In this document: in pieces, positions 1-9,780 of the stretch
Position numbering within the stretch: position 1 is the stretch's first letter
Layout: the number at the start of each line of letters is the position of its first letter
NCBI GenBank assembly: GCA_963668625.2
Contig: CAXXKA010000010.1
Location: forward strand, 352,001 to 416,000
Length of the DNA stretch: 64,000 nt
Reading direction: 5' to 3'
DNA from: an uncultured candidate division Zixibacteria bacterium
GTDB lineage: Bacteria; Zixibacteria; MSB-5A5; UBA10806; 4484-95
Made by a program: the position numbers and the translations under genes
The notes under the pieces: generated by a model
The model's database searches: none
What the model saw: the letters and a program-made list of their open reading frames with translations, nothing else
What the model was told of the DNA's origin: nothing

Positions 1-3000
1 ATACAAGTAATCACTCCCAGCGGTCCTTATGTCATTTTAGATAGCTACGATATCAATGATGTTGCCGGAAACAATAACGGCGAGGTTGATGCTGGCGAGA
101 GTATCGTGCTTGGCGTGCAGGTAATAAATGTTGGCCCGGATGATGCTAACAATGTCTCGGCGAGTTTATCCTCCAGCAGCAGCTACGTGACGATTTCCGA
201 TAATTCCGAATACTACGGAACTGTCGACGGTGATAACGGCATCTCTTATAGCTCTAACGCTTTCGCGTTTACGGTCAGCGGGGATGCTCCCGATGGTTAC
301 AACATTCCGTTCGAGCTGGAGATAACCGGTACCACAATAGATCTCTGGGCAAGCAATTTCACTATTCCAGTACATGCGCCCGATCTGGGTCTGGTTTCAG
401 TCAGCGTAAATGATGCCTCGGGTAACAACAATGGAGTGCTTGATCCCGGCGAAACAGCCTCGATTATCGTAACGATATCGAACGCCGGTTCGGGAAGCTC
501 GTACAATGTCAGCGGCGTGCTATCCGAAAACGACGGCTACGTGTCAGTCGGTGATGCCAATGGTTATTTCGGTACGATTAACTCTAACGGCGGAACCGCC
601 GATAATTCCGGCGATACCTACTCCGTTACGGCCAGCTCCGGTACGCCTCAGGGTTATGAGGTAACTTTCGATCTAGATTTAAACGATGATTTAGGCGCGA
701 GCGCCACGGTTAATTTCGATCTGGTAATAGGTGACAGGTCAGTCGTATTTTTCGATGATTTCTCCTATGACCAGGGTTGGTCAGGTTTGGGCGGAATAGG
801 TGAATGGACAATCGGCGCCGCTACCGGTGGCTCGGGTGCGGATAGCTACGGTGGTCCCGATCCCTCGGCGGACCATACCAATACTACCGATAACGGTGTG
901 CTGGGTAATGATATCAGCTCAAGCGATGGCGATTATAATATCGACATGGAACAAACCTACTGGGTTTACTCGCCGATTATCGACTGCATGGAGTACACCA
1001 GTGTCATAATGTCTTACTATCACTGGCTGGGAATCGAGTCTAACACTTATGATAACGTTTATTTCGAGGTTTATGATGGTTCAAGCTGGGTGAACCTGTT
1101 TGCCAATACCTCTTCTATAGATGAGGGCGCCTGGATTGAGTCCGATTACGATCTTACGGCCTATGCGGATGAAAATCCCGATTTCCAGATCAGGTTCGGC
1201 ATCGGTGAAACAGACGGCTCATGGAATTACTGCGGATGGAATATAGACGATATCGAGATCAAAGGTTATTTCATGGGCAGCTCCGAGCCGCCTGATTTAG
1301 CCTACGATCCCGAGAGTTTCACCGATAGCCTGGATCAGGATGATACCTCCGTGCAGCAGTTAACTGTCAACAACAACGGCACGGGAAATCTCAGGTTCAG
1401 ACTCAGCTCAAGCGACAGCTGGCTCGAATTCGATAACACGCTTCACAACATAGCTCCGGGATCGTTCTATAATTACGATATTACGATAAATTCTACGGGC
1501 ATGGAATCGGGAGACCACACCGGCTCGTTAGCGTTCACCTCGAATGACCCCGACACTCCGTCGGGGACGATACCGGTCGATTTGCATATATATTATCCCG
1601 ATATATTTGTCACGCAAAGCTCGGTACACGAAATTTTGGAATCGGGCGAACAGTCGATTGTGCCGCTGATCGTAGAAAACAACGGTGACGGCACATTAGA
1701 TTATACAGTCGATCACGCGGTGTTCGAAAATACCGCCGCCTCATTAAGCTTGAGCGCACAAAAAACGGTAAAAGGCTCGCAAATCATAACGAGCCCGGTT
1801 GTCGAACCTATCGGATATCATTCTTCGACCATCAAGTCAAAAGAGCGTGAGCCTATTTTCCCGCCGATGACTTCCGGTTACGGTGGCCCGGATGCTTTCG
1901 GGTACTCCTGGAAAGACTCCGATGAAACGGGGGGCCCGGTATATTCCTGGGTGGATATCACCTCGGTCGGAACGGAGATCACCGGTATTGATGATGACGC
2001 TAATGTCGGCCCATACGATTTAGGCTTTGATTTCGATTTTTATGGCGAGACCTACGATTCGTTCCGGTTCTGTACCAACGGTTTTATATCGTTTACCTCG
2101 ACCGATGACGAGTACAGTAACGTCGGCTTACCCACCGGAGGAGCGGAACCGATGAATATCATCGCGCCGTTCTGGGATGATATGAATTTCGAAGATGGTG
2201 GAACGCCTTATTACTACACTAACAATATCGACAGCCTGGTCGTATCCTGGGAAAACGTCGCCCATTTCGATACCGGCGGTACATACACCTACCAGGTAAT
2301 ACTTCAGTCGAACGGTAAAATCACTTTCCAGTACCAGACATTGAATTGGCCATTGAACTCGACAACTATCGGCATACAAAACAGCAACGCCACGATAGGT
2401 TTGCAGGTAGCTTACAATCAGGATTACATCCACAGCAATATGGCGATACTAATCAACGCCGGCACGGAATGGCTGGATGTTAATCCGACCTCCGGCTCTG
2501 TCGCGGGGCACAATAGCTGTACGATAGAGCTTCTATTCGATGCCGCCGATTTGCCCGAGGGAGACTACGATGGGCAGGTCACGATAAGCTCCAACGATCC
2601 CGACAGCCCGGTTATAGATATTCCGGTTACGCTCAGTATCGGTCTTGACGGTCCCGTGATCCAGTTGACTCCGGTTGCTATCAATGATACCGTGATTGTC
2701 GGCCATACGGCCGATACCGATTTGATTATCAGTAATACCGGTACGCTCGATCTCGAATTCACTATAGCCGATAACGCCGCCTGGATAAGCGAGTCGATCG
2801 ATAGCGGAACGATAGCGCCGGAAGGATCGACCACCTCGGTGGTTACTCTTAATGCCACCACATTGCCGGAAGGCAGCTATTCCGGGCAGATAACTGTCAA
2901 CTCCAACGCCGTGAACGAGTCCTCGGCGATAATTCCCGTATCTATGCTGATACTTCCGCCGCCACCCGTACCTAGTATGACACTTAACCTGACCGAAATA

Positions 3001-3654
3001 TCCGAGACGGTTGTTGAGGGAGAGAACGTTATAGTCGAGCTTATAATCGGTAACGATGGCACGGGTGAGCTTACCTATAGTCTGGCCGACGACGCGGCTT
3101 GGATGACCGAGTCGCCTGTAAGCGGCAGTGTCGATGAGTTCGAGGCGGATACAGTAGCGGTTACGCTTGATGGTGGCAGCCTGACTGAAGGTGAGTATAC
3201 GGCTACGTTGACGATAACCTCCAATGATACCGAGCAGGATACTACGCAAATACCAATCACATTAGATATCGTTCCGGGGGGGCCGATGTGCGAATATATG
3301 CCCGGTGATCTCAATAGTGATGGTACGACTATCGGTAGCGATATTACTTTCGCTGTTTCGTATTTCCGTGGCAATATAGTGCCTGCTGATTCATGTTATC
3401 GCGAGTCAAACGCACGCTGGCTGTATGTTGCAGGTGATGTTAACGGTGATTGTCAGTTTATCGGTTCGGATGTTACCTACTACGTAAATTATTTCCGCGG
3501 TATCAGCCAGGGACTTCAATATTGCCCGGAGCTACCGCCATACGAACCGCCGCTCGTCACAGTTCCTTCCACGATAACTAATGAGAGCGATAATAATGAG
3601 GTGGTCCCGGCAATAATACCCGAACAAAAAGTAAAAACAGATAAACTAAAGTAA
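1..3654 (+). CDS. Large secreted multidomain protein (C-terminal part; Ig/BACON-like repeats, C-terminal dockerin-like domain), 5'-truncated by window
   Basis: Frame 1 is open from base 1. Contains NNNGxLDPGE modules, repeated ITSNDPD Ig-like units, a GGPDAFGYSWKDSDE domain and paired GD(L/V)NxD..GSD(I/V)T..V.YFRG dockerin repeats. Confidence 0.8.
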   Translation: MQVITPSGPYVILDSYDINDVAGNNNGEVDAGESIVLGVQVINVGPDDANNVSASLSSSSSYVTISDNSEYYGTVDGDNGISYSSNAFAFTVSGDAPDGYNIPFELEITGTTIDLWASNFTIPVHAPDLGLVSVSVNDASGNNNGVLDPGETASIIVTISNAGSGSSYNVSGVLSENDGYVSVGDANGYFGTINSNGGTADNSGDTYSVTASSGTPQGYEVTFDLDLNDDLGASATVNFDLVIGDRSVVFFDDFSYDQGWSGLGGIGEWTIGAATGGSGADSYGGPDPSADHTNTTDNGVLGNDISSSDGDYNIDMEQTYWVYSPIIDCMEYTSVIMSYYHWLGIESNTYDNVYFEVYDGSSWVNLFANTSSIDEGAWIESDYDLTAYADENPDFQIRFGIGETDGSWNYCGWNIDDIEIKGYFMGSSEPPDLAYDPESFTDSLDQDDTSVQQLTVNNNGTGNLRFRLSSSDSWLEFDNTLHNIAPGSFYNYDITINSTGMESGDHTGSLAFTSNDPDTPSGTIPVDLHIYYPDIFVTQSSVHEILESGEQSIVPLIVENNGDGTLDYTVDHAVFENTAASLSLSAQKTVKGSQIITSPVVEPIGYHSSTIKSKEREPIFPPMTSGYGGPDAFGYSWKDSDETGGPVYSWVDITSVGTEITGIDDDANVGPYDLGFDFDFYGETYDSFRFCTNGFISFTSTDDEYSNVGLPTGGAEPMNIIAPFWDDMNFEDGGTPYYYTNNIDSLVVSWENVAHFDTGGTYTYQVILQSNGKITFQYQTLNWPLNSTTIGIQNSNATIGLQVAYNQDYIHSNMAILINAGTEWLDVNPTSGSVAGHNSCTIELLFDAADLPEGDYDGQVTISSNDPDSPVIDIPVTLSIGLDGPVIQLTPVAINDTVIVGHTADTDLIISNTGTLDLEFTIADNAAWISESIDSGTIAPEGSTTSVVTLNATTLPEGSYSGQITVNSNAVNESSAIIPVSMLILPPPPVPSMTLNLTEISETVVEGENVIVELIIGNDGTGELTYSLADDAAWMTESPVSGSVDEFEADTVAVTLDGGSLTEGEYTATLTITSNDTEQDTTQIPITLDIVPGGPMCEYMPGDLNSDGTTIGSDITFAVSYFRGNIVPADSCYRESNARWLYVAGDVNGDCQFIGSDVTYYVNYFRGISQGLQYCPELPPYEPPLVTVPSTITNESDNNEVVPAIIPEQKVKTDKLK

Positions 3655-3674
3655 GGGATTATCATATACGATTG

Positions 3675-3702
3675 AAAGGCGGTGTAACAGCCGCCTTTTT
3701 TA
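3675..3702 (+). terminator. Intrinsic terminator
   Basis: AAAGGCGG-tgtaacag-CCGCCTTTTTT just after the stop codon. Confidence 0.85.
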
Positions 3703-3712
3703 TTGATCCTAT

Positions 3713-3840
3713 AAACCACCGGTTAATCCGGTGTGTGCGTTTAAAGCGAGGCTTTTGTAAAAGGAATATTTATTTGCAGCGACGGCTGAGGTTCTCGATA
3801 TCTGTGCTTTCGCATATCTGTCATCTCTGCGGAGGGGGTT
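3713..3840. repeat. Non-coding element, copy 1 (copy 2 at 60908-61034); possible IS200/IS605-type end
   Basis: Shared blocks AAACCACCGGTT..CCGGTGTG, CAGCGACGGCTGAG and CGGAGGGGGT at similar spacing in both copies. Confidence 0.6.
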
Positions 3841-3991
3841 GTTGAAAAAGTCTATTTCACGCGTCGCTTGGCGGACGAAGTCCTTTGTTCATTCCTTCCC
3901 GGCGACATTCTGCATCAATACAGCGGGAAGGAAAGGATTCCTTCCTGCTCAGTGAAAATGTTTACCAGTGATTCGCATAAATGACTTTTTC
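3838..3991. mobile_element. Degenerate MITE-like remnant
   Basis: Inverted ends GAAAAAGTCtATTT ... AAATGACTTTTTC and an internal inverted pair TTCCTTCCCG/CGGGAAGGAA; no clear TSD. Confidence 0.4.
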
Positions 3992-4067
3992 CTTTTCGCT
4001 ACCGAACTCCGTAGCGTAAGCCATGCCTAACGGCTATTGATCACCTTTGCAGATATGCTATTTCCGA

Positions 4068-7000
4068 TTAGCCGTGCTTACCGTGACACTGCTTGTATTT
4101 CTTGCCGCTGCCACAGGGACAGGGATCGTTACGGCCGACTTTCTTTTCCACCCGTACCGGCTTTTGTTTCATGCCCGGTTCGATCCTATCCTGCATCGGG
4201 CCGGTATAACCAACTCCCGATGATTCGCCTTGCGAAGCCGCTGCGGCTTGTCTGGCCAGGGCGGCTGTTGCCACACCCATACCAACGGTATTGTCTTTAT
4301 GAATTTGCACCGGTGTCTGAGAGCGGGGTTGCGCTTGAGCGGTTGCCGGTTTCAAGCGATATATATTGGCTACCGCCAGTTCATCTATACGTCCGAGCAT
4401 CTCCTCGAACATCCTGTAACCCTCTTTTTTGAATTCGATTAGCGGGTCACGCTGGCCATAAGCTCTTAAGCCGATTCCCTGTTTCAGCTGATCCATCTCG
4501 TATAGATGTTCTTTCCATTCGTGATCGATTATCGAAAGGAAAGCGAAACGCTCTAACTGACGCATCATCTCCTCGCCCAAAAGCTCCTCTTTTTGTCGAT
4601 AAATCTCGAAAGCTGCTTTGGCAAGCCTGTCGACTACGGTGTGCTGGTTGAGTTTCAGCACATCCTCCTCCGGCCAGTTGAAATCGAGCAGGAATATTTT
4701 GCGGGTTTGTTCGCGAAGACCGTCAAGCGCCCAGTTTTCGGGGTATTCTTTTTCGGGACAGAATTCCCAGACTTTGCTTTCTATGATCTCGGGGATAAGT
4801 TCCTGTACCTCTTCTTTGAGGTTCTTGCCTTTGAGGCTGGCTTGACGTTTGGTATAAACGACCTCGCGCTGGTTGTTCATGACATCGTCATAGTCCAACA
4901 GATGTTTTCTTATGGAGAAATTCTGTGCCTCGACTCTTTGCTGGGCTTTGCTGATCGCCTTGGTAACCATACCGTGCTCGATCATCTCGCCCTCTTTCAA
5001 GCCCAGCCTGTCCATTACCGAGGCGATTCGCTCGGAACCGAACAGACGCATCAGGTCATCCTCGAGCGAAAGGAAGAAACGCGAGCTGCCCGGATCACCC
5101 TGACGACCTGCACGACCGCGCAACTGGCGATCGATACGCCGCGATTCGTGTCGTTCTGTTCCGACAATATGCAAACCGCAAGGGACGTCATCATCACATT
5201 TGAGCTCATCGTAGAACGGGCACTTTTCGTTTTCATTCATGGGCGAAACCAGCATACAGTGAGGCGATTTCACCACGTTCTCGCCGAGCTTGATATCCGT
5301 ACCTCGGCCCGCCATGTTGGTTGCTATAGTCACCGCTCCCGGCCGACCGGCTTTGGAGACTATCTCAGCCTCAGACTGGTGGTATTTCGCGTTTAAAACC
5401 GAGTGGCCGATTTTCTGCAATTTTAGAAGTTTGGATAGCACCTCAGAAACATCCACGGAGGCAGTACCTACCAGCACCGGGATGTTCTTATTATGTAGCC
5501 TGACTATCTCCTCGACAATGGCCGAATATTTTTCTTTTCGAGTGCGGAATATGACATCATCATAGTCCGACCGTCTCACCGGACGATTGGTGGGGATGAC
5601 TACCACATCCAGCTTATATATCTCCCAGAACTCGCTCGCTTCAGTCTCGGCGGTACCGGTCATACCGGCAAGCTTATCGTACATACGGAAGAAGTTTTGC
5701 AAGGTGATCGTTGCCAGCGTCTGGGTTTCGCCCTCGACACGCACGCCCTCTTTGGCCTCAATAGCCTGATGCAGACCCTCGGAATAACGCCTGCCGGACA
5801 TCAAGCGACCGGTAAACTCATCAACGATCATAACCTTGTTGTCTTGCACCACGTACTCGACATCTTTTTCGTAAAGCTGGTAAGCTCGGAGTAACTGGTT
5901 TAAGGCGTGGTTCTTTTCGGAAAGCTCCGCGTGGCGGTGGTACAGTTCCTCCTTGGCGCGGTGACGGTCATCATCATTGTAATTCTCATCGTTATCTATA
6001 GCGACCAGGCCTTCCGCGATATCGGGAATCTCGAATAATCTCTGATCATCGGGGGAGAGTAAATTTTGTCCCGGCTCCTCCAGGCTGATATTATGTTCGC
6101 GCTCATCGATGGAGAAATAGAGACTGTCGTTAATCTCACCCATGCGCTTATCGCGCATGTAGTCCGATTCTACTTTTTGTACCAGTTGTTTTATACCCTG
6201 TTCTTTGTATAATTTCATCAGGCGCTTATTCTTGGGAGAACCCCGGTGGACGATTAAGAATTTTATTCCGGCTTCATACTCCTCGCCGTCTTTAAAAAGT
6301 TTTTCGCCTTCATTCAATAGACTCGTGCAGAGCTGGTTTTGACGTCTTACCATATTTTGCACCAGCGGTTTCATCTCTATGAAACGCTCGTTCATTCTCG
6401 ATTCTACTGGCCCGGATATGATAAGCGGAGTACGAGCCTCATCGACAAGCACCGAGTCTACCTCATCCACGATTGCAAAGAAATGACGGCGTTGTACCAT
6501 GTCCTCCGTCCTAACCGACATGTTATCGCGAAGGTAGTCGAAGCCGAATTCGTTGTTGGTACCATAGGTTATGTCGCATGCGTATTGCTGACGTCTCTCG
6601 GCGGGATCCATATCAGCCTGTATGCAGCCGACAGACAGGCCGAGAAACTCCAACACTTTACCCATCCACAAGGAATCTCGTCGAGCGAGGTAGTCGTTGA
6701 CCGTAATCAGATGCGCGCCCAGTCCAACCAGCGCGTTCAAATAAAGTGGTAATGTAGCGACCAGCGTTTTTCCCTCACCGGTAGCCATCTCGGCGATTTT
6801 GCCCTCGTGTAGCACTATTCCGCCGATTAGCTGGCAATCGTAGGGAATCATCTCCCATTTTATTTCTATCCCGCTGATATCCCAGCTTTTACCGACGTGC
6901 CGTTTACATGATTGCTTGACCATGGCAAACGCCTCAGGCAGTATCTCCTCGAATTTTTCGCCCAGTATATCATTATAAGCTTTTTTGCGTCTCTCGTAGT

Positions 7001-7214
7001 CGTAGTCCGGATTGTCCTCGAGATGCTGGACGTATTGTTCACCTAATGGCTTAAGCTCTACTTTGAATTCCTCGGTACGGGTTACGAACCAGTCATCCGG
7101 TTTATCGTGTAAAGTTTCGTATATTTCGTTTATCTCATCAATTAACGGCTCGACTTTCTTGATATCTCTATCGTGTTTCGAGCCGAATATTTTCGTTAAG
7201 AAATTAAATCCCAT
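4068..7214 (-). CDS. secA: Preprotein translocase subunit SecA
   Basis: MATGEGKT Walker A, DEVDS, GTERHESRRID and C-terminal GRNDPCPCGSGKKYKQCH SEC-C motif. Confidence 0.99.
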   Translation of the reverse strand: MGFNFLTKIFGSKHDRDIKKVEPLIDEINEIYETLHDKPDDWFVTRTEEFKVELKPLGEQYVQHLEDNPDYDYERRKKAYNDILGEKFEEILPEAFAMVKQSCKRHVGKSWDISGIEIKWEMIPYDCQLIGGIVLHEGKIAEMATGEGKTLVATLPLYLNALVGLGAHLITVNDYLARRDSLWMGKVLEFLGLSVGCIQADMDPAERRQQYACDITYGTNNEFGFDYLRDNMSVRTEDMVQRRHFFAIVDEVDSVLVDEARTPLIISGPVESRMNERFIEMKPLVQNMVRRQNQLCTSLLNEGEKLFKDGEEYEAGIKFLIVHRGSPKNKRLMKLYKEQGIKQLVQKVESDYMRDKRMGEINDSLYFSIDEREHNISLEEPGQNLLSPDDQRLFEIPDIAEGLVAIDNDENYNDDDRHRAKEELYHRHAELSEKNHALNQLLRAYQLYEKDVEYVVQDNKVMIVDEFTGRLMSGRRYSEGLHQAIEAKEGVRVEGETQTLATITLQNFFRMYDKLAGMTGTAETEASEFWEIYKLDVVVIPTNRPVRRSDYDDVIFRTRKEKYSAIVEEIVRLHNKNIPVLVGTASVDVSEVLSKLLKLQKIGHSVLNAKYHQSEAEIVSKAGRPGAVTIATNMAGRGTDIKLGENVVKSPHCMLVSPMNENEKCPFYDELKCDDDVPCGLHIVGTERHESRRIDRQLRGRAGRQGDPGSSRFFLSLEDDLMRLFGSERIASVMDRLGLKEGEMIEHGMVTKAISKAQQRVEAQNFSIRKHLLDYDDVMNNQREVVYTKRQASLKGKNLKEEVQELIPEIIESKVWEFCPEKEYPENWALDGLREQTRKIFLLDFNWPEEDVLKLNQHTVVDRLAKAAFEIYRQKEELLGEEMMRQLERFAFLSIIDHEWKEHLYEMDQLKQGIGLRAYGQRDPLIEFKKEGYRMFEEMLGRIDELAVANIYRLKPATAQAQPRSQTPVQIHKDNTVGMGVATAALARQAAAASQGESSGVGYTGPMQDRIEPGMKQKPVRVEKKVGRNDPCPCGSGKKYKQCHGKHG

Positions 7215-7579
7215 ATTATTACCCTCGTAGTTTTTTTAAGTATACTTTTATCTCTATAGCCGGGCAAGGGAAAAGTTCCATATCGGCTTAGTTAACAGAT
7301 TTAAAACACAAGACTACCAGTGTACGATATTAACAATCTCTTTGCCAAACGTCGCTTCATTATATTCCTCCTGTCGGTAAAATATACTTTCTGCATGCCT
7401 TATTCCGGATGCTTGGTACCCGGGGGCAGGCTGTTTTATTGACAAATTAATAATATGAGACAACAAATTTTGTTATGATGAAGTTTACTATTGTGTTATA
7501 TCTGTCGATTGCCTTAATAATACAATTTCGACCATTGTGTTGGGGGAAATAGCTCTCTAGATAAATCGGAGGAATACAG

Positions 7580-7762
7580 TTGGCTCACTTTATCGATGAA
7601 GAATGTATCATGTGTGATGTTTGCGTTGATGTATGCCCTAAGAAAGCGATAAAACCCGGCGATCCGCTTTACCGGATCGATCCAAAACTATGTGATGATT
7701 GTGGAGAATGCACTAGGGTTTGCCCGGTTGGCGCTTGCCGGCCCGAAGATAATATTGATTAA
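7580..7762 (+). CDS. 2[4Fe-4S] ferredoxin
   Basis: Two CxxCxxCxxxCP motifs; GGAGG RBS before a TTG start. Confidence 0.93.
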   Translation: MAHFIDEECIMCDVCVDVCPKKAIKPGDPLYRIDPKLCDDCGECTRVCPVGACRPEDNID

Positions 7763-7784
7763 ACACGACTATTGATATAGATTA

Positions 7785-8966
7785 ATGGGGATGAAACCCT
7801 ATCGTCAATTTTTAGCCTTAACTTTTATCACCCGTACCGCGTTTTCTTTTTCGTTTGCTACATATGTGATGTTTTTGCTATCCCGGAATGCCTCGCTTTT
7901 CGAGGTTGGTCTTATCAATATATCGTTCATGCTCGCTATAGCGCTGGCCGAAATCCCGACCGGTATATTCGCCGATCTGTTGGGGCGTAAACGGTCGTTT
8001 CAGATTAGCTGCTTTATCATGGCGATTGGGTTTTTCATCTATTATCTCTCACAAAGTTTCTGGATGTTCATCGTCGCCGAGACATTGGCTGGTATCGGCT
8101 TGACTTTTCGCTCCGGGGCTCTCCAAGCCTGGGCTATTGATTCTATAAGGGAGACTGGGGCTGATATCCCGAACGAGCGGCTGTTTTCATCCGAGGGTAT
8201 AGCGAAGAACGCCGCGAATATCACAGGCGGATTGGCCGGAGCTTATATGGGAGACTTAGACCTGGCCTATCCGTTTTTAGCGGGGGCTGTCGTATTAGTA
8301 ATTACACTGGTATTGTCATCGATAGTCATGCGGGAACCTGAATCACATTTCGATCTGACCCGGCAATCGCCGTTTGCCGCTGTTAAATCGATATTCAAAC
8401 GCTCGGTTGACTACGGCTTACGAGAGAAAACAGTATTTATGCTAATGATGACAGCGCTGGTTTCGGCGTTATTCTACCAGCCTTTGAATATGTACTGGCA
8501 ACCTCGTTTCGCGGAGGTAGCTAATGGCAAAATTTGGATTCTGGGATGGATCTGGGTGTTTATCTCAGGATCTTTGATGCTGGGAGGATACCTGATCAAG
8601 TTGATTCCCCGGCGATATAATCGTTACTCGGTGCTTATTGTGACTGTCTTGCTTAACTCGTTGCCGGTGATATTAGCGGCTGTTGTCCGCGATTTCGTTA
8701 TCGTTTTGCTGTTTTTCGGGATGTACGAGATCGCCCGGGGTATGACCGAACCGATCAGGCTGGCGCTTCTAAACGATTCCATTCCCTCCGCCGAAAGAGC
8801 TACCATCCTCTCGTTAGATCAAGTGTTTATGCGAACCGGAGCGGTGCTCGGATTGCTTTTTACCGGCTTGCTGGCGGATAATTATTCAATCTCGATTGCC
8901 TGGATCGTGGCTGCGATTGTTGGTCTTATCAATATACCGATCTTAGTCTCAATTCGCAAAAAGTAA
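7785..8966 (+). CDS. MFS transporter
   Basis: EIPTGIFADLLGRKRS MFS motif A; about 12 hydrophobic segments. Confidence 0.92.
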   Translation: MGMKPYRQFLALTFITRTAFSFSFATYVMFLLSRNASLFEVGLINISFMLAIALAEIPTGIFADLLGRKRSFQISCFIMAIGFFIYYLSQSFWMFIVAETLAGIGLTFRSGALQAWAIDSIRETGADIPNERLFSSEGIAKNAANITGGLAGAYMGDLDLAYPFLAGAVVLVITLVLSSIVMREPESHFDLTRQSPFAAVKSIFKRSVDYGLREKTVFMLMMTALVSALFYQPLNMYWQPRFAEVANGKIWILGWIWVFISGSLMLGGYLIKLIPRRYNRYSVLIVTVLLNSLPVILAAVVRDFVIVLLFFGMYEIARGMTEPIRLALLNDSIPSAERATILSLDQVFMRTGAVLGLLFTGLLADNYSISIAWIVAAIVGLINIPILVSIRKK

Positions 8967-9094
8967 ATGGATTGTCTTGTCTGCTAAGAGGGGTGGTTTT
9001 TATGAAATAAGTCTTGTCGCAAGCTGAATAATTGTTATATTAGCTTCTAACTGGGGAGAGGTGAAGTGCTCTATTCACAACAAAGGAGTATTGG

Positions 9095-9727
9095 ATGAGG
9101 TTTTGCTTGATCGCAGTTCTTATTATGTTGCTGAGTTTTTCCAGTATGGGTATGGCTCAGGAATCTGGAAGTTTTATAGCCAGCTTTGATATTGGTATCA
9201 CCTCTGCTATGGGCGAATTTAAGGATGATGGCATGGCGGCCAATGGGTTTGGCTTAGGCGCCGAACTTCAGTATACGCTTTTCCAGAATTTATCTTTCGG
9301 GCCGTTTGCCAGATATCATAGGTTTGGATTGCGGGAGCCAAGTACTGACGGAACATCAAGCTATAATTTTACACAATATGGCGGTGTAGCTAAGCTCAAC
9401 TTGTTCGATGTTGACAAAGGTAAATTGTACGTAGTCGGTGGCGGCGGAATGTTCACGCCGAACTATCATATTTGGACGCCAGATTACGTTTCGAATGATG
9501 AATGGGATACCGGCACGTTTTTCATGGGTGGTCTGGGCATATCTTCCAACCCCTTCAGGAAGACAGTTTTTCAGCTGGAGGTAAGGTATAATCTCGGTAC
9601 AGCCGATTACGTGATGGAAGATGCCTTTGGCGAAGAAACCTCCGAGGAATACAAATTCGATTTTCTCTATTTCCTTGTTAAGATTTCATTCAACTCTAAA
9701 GGCAAGTCCGCTCCGCCAAGATATTAA
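9095..9727 (+). CDS. Outer-membrane beta-barrel protein
   Basis: Signal peptide; amphipathic Gly/aromatic-rich beta-strands. Confidence 0.7.
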   Translation: MRFCLIAVLIMLLSFSSMGMAQESGSFIASFDIGITSAMGEFKDDGMAANGFGLGAELQYTLFQNLSFGPFARYHRFGLREPSTDGTSSYNFTQYGGVAKLNLFDVDKGKLYVVGGGGMFTPNYHIWTPDYVSNDEWDTGTFFMGGLGISSNPFRKTVFQLEVRYNLGTADYVMEDAFGEETSEEYKFDFLYFLVKISFNSKGKSAPPRY

Positions 9728-9754
9728 ATATTATGGTTGATATCGCAAGAATTG

Positions 9755-9780
9755 AAAGCCCGCCTCAGCGGGTTTTTTTT
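9755..9780. terminator. Bidirectional intrinsic terminator
   Basis: AAAGCCCGC-ctca-GCGGGTTTTTTTT between convergent genes. Confidence 0.8.

Noticed and set aside
4593-5396. Long antisense or alternative-frame ORFs (e.g. 4593-5396, 2533-3249, 26198-26941, 38551-39177)
   Set aside because: They are shadows of well-supported genes on the opposite strand and have no motifs of their own.
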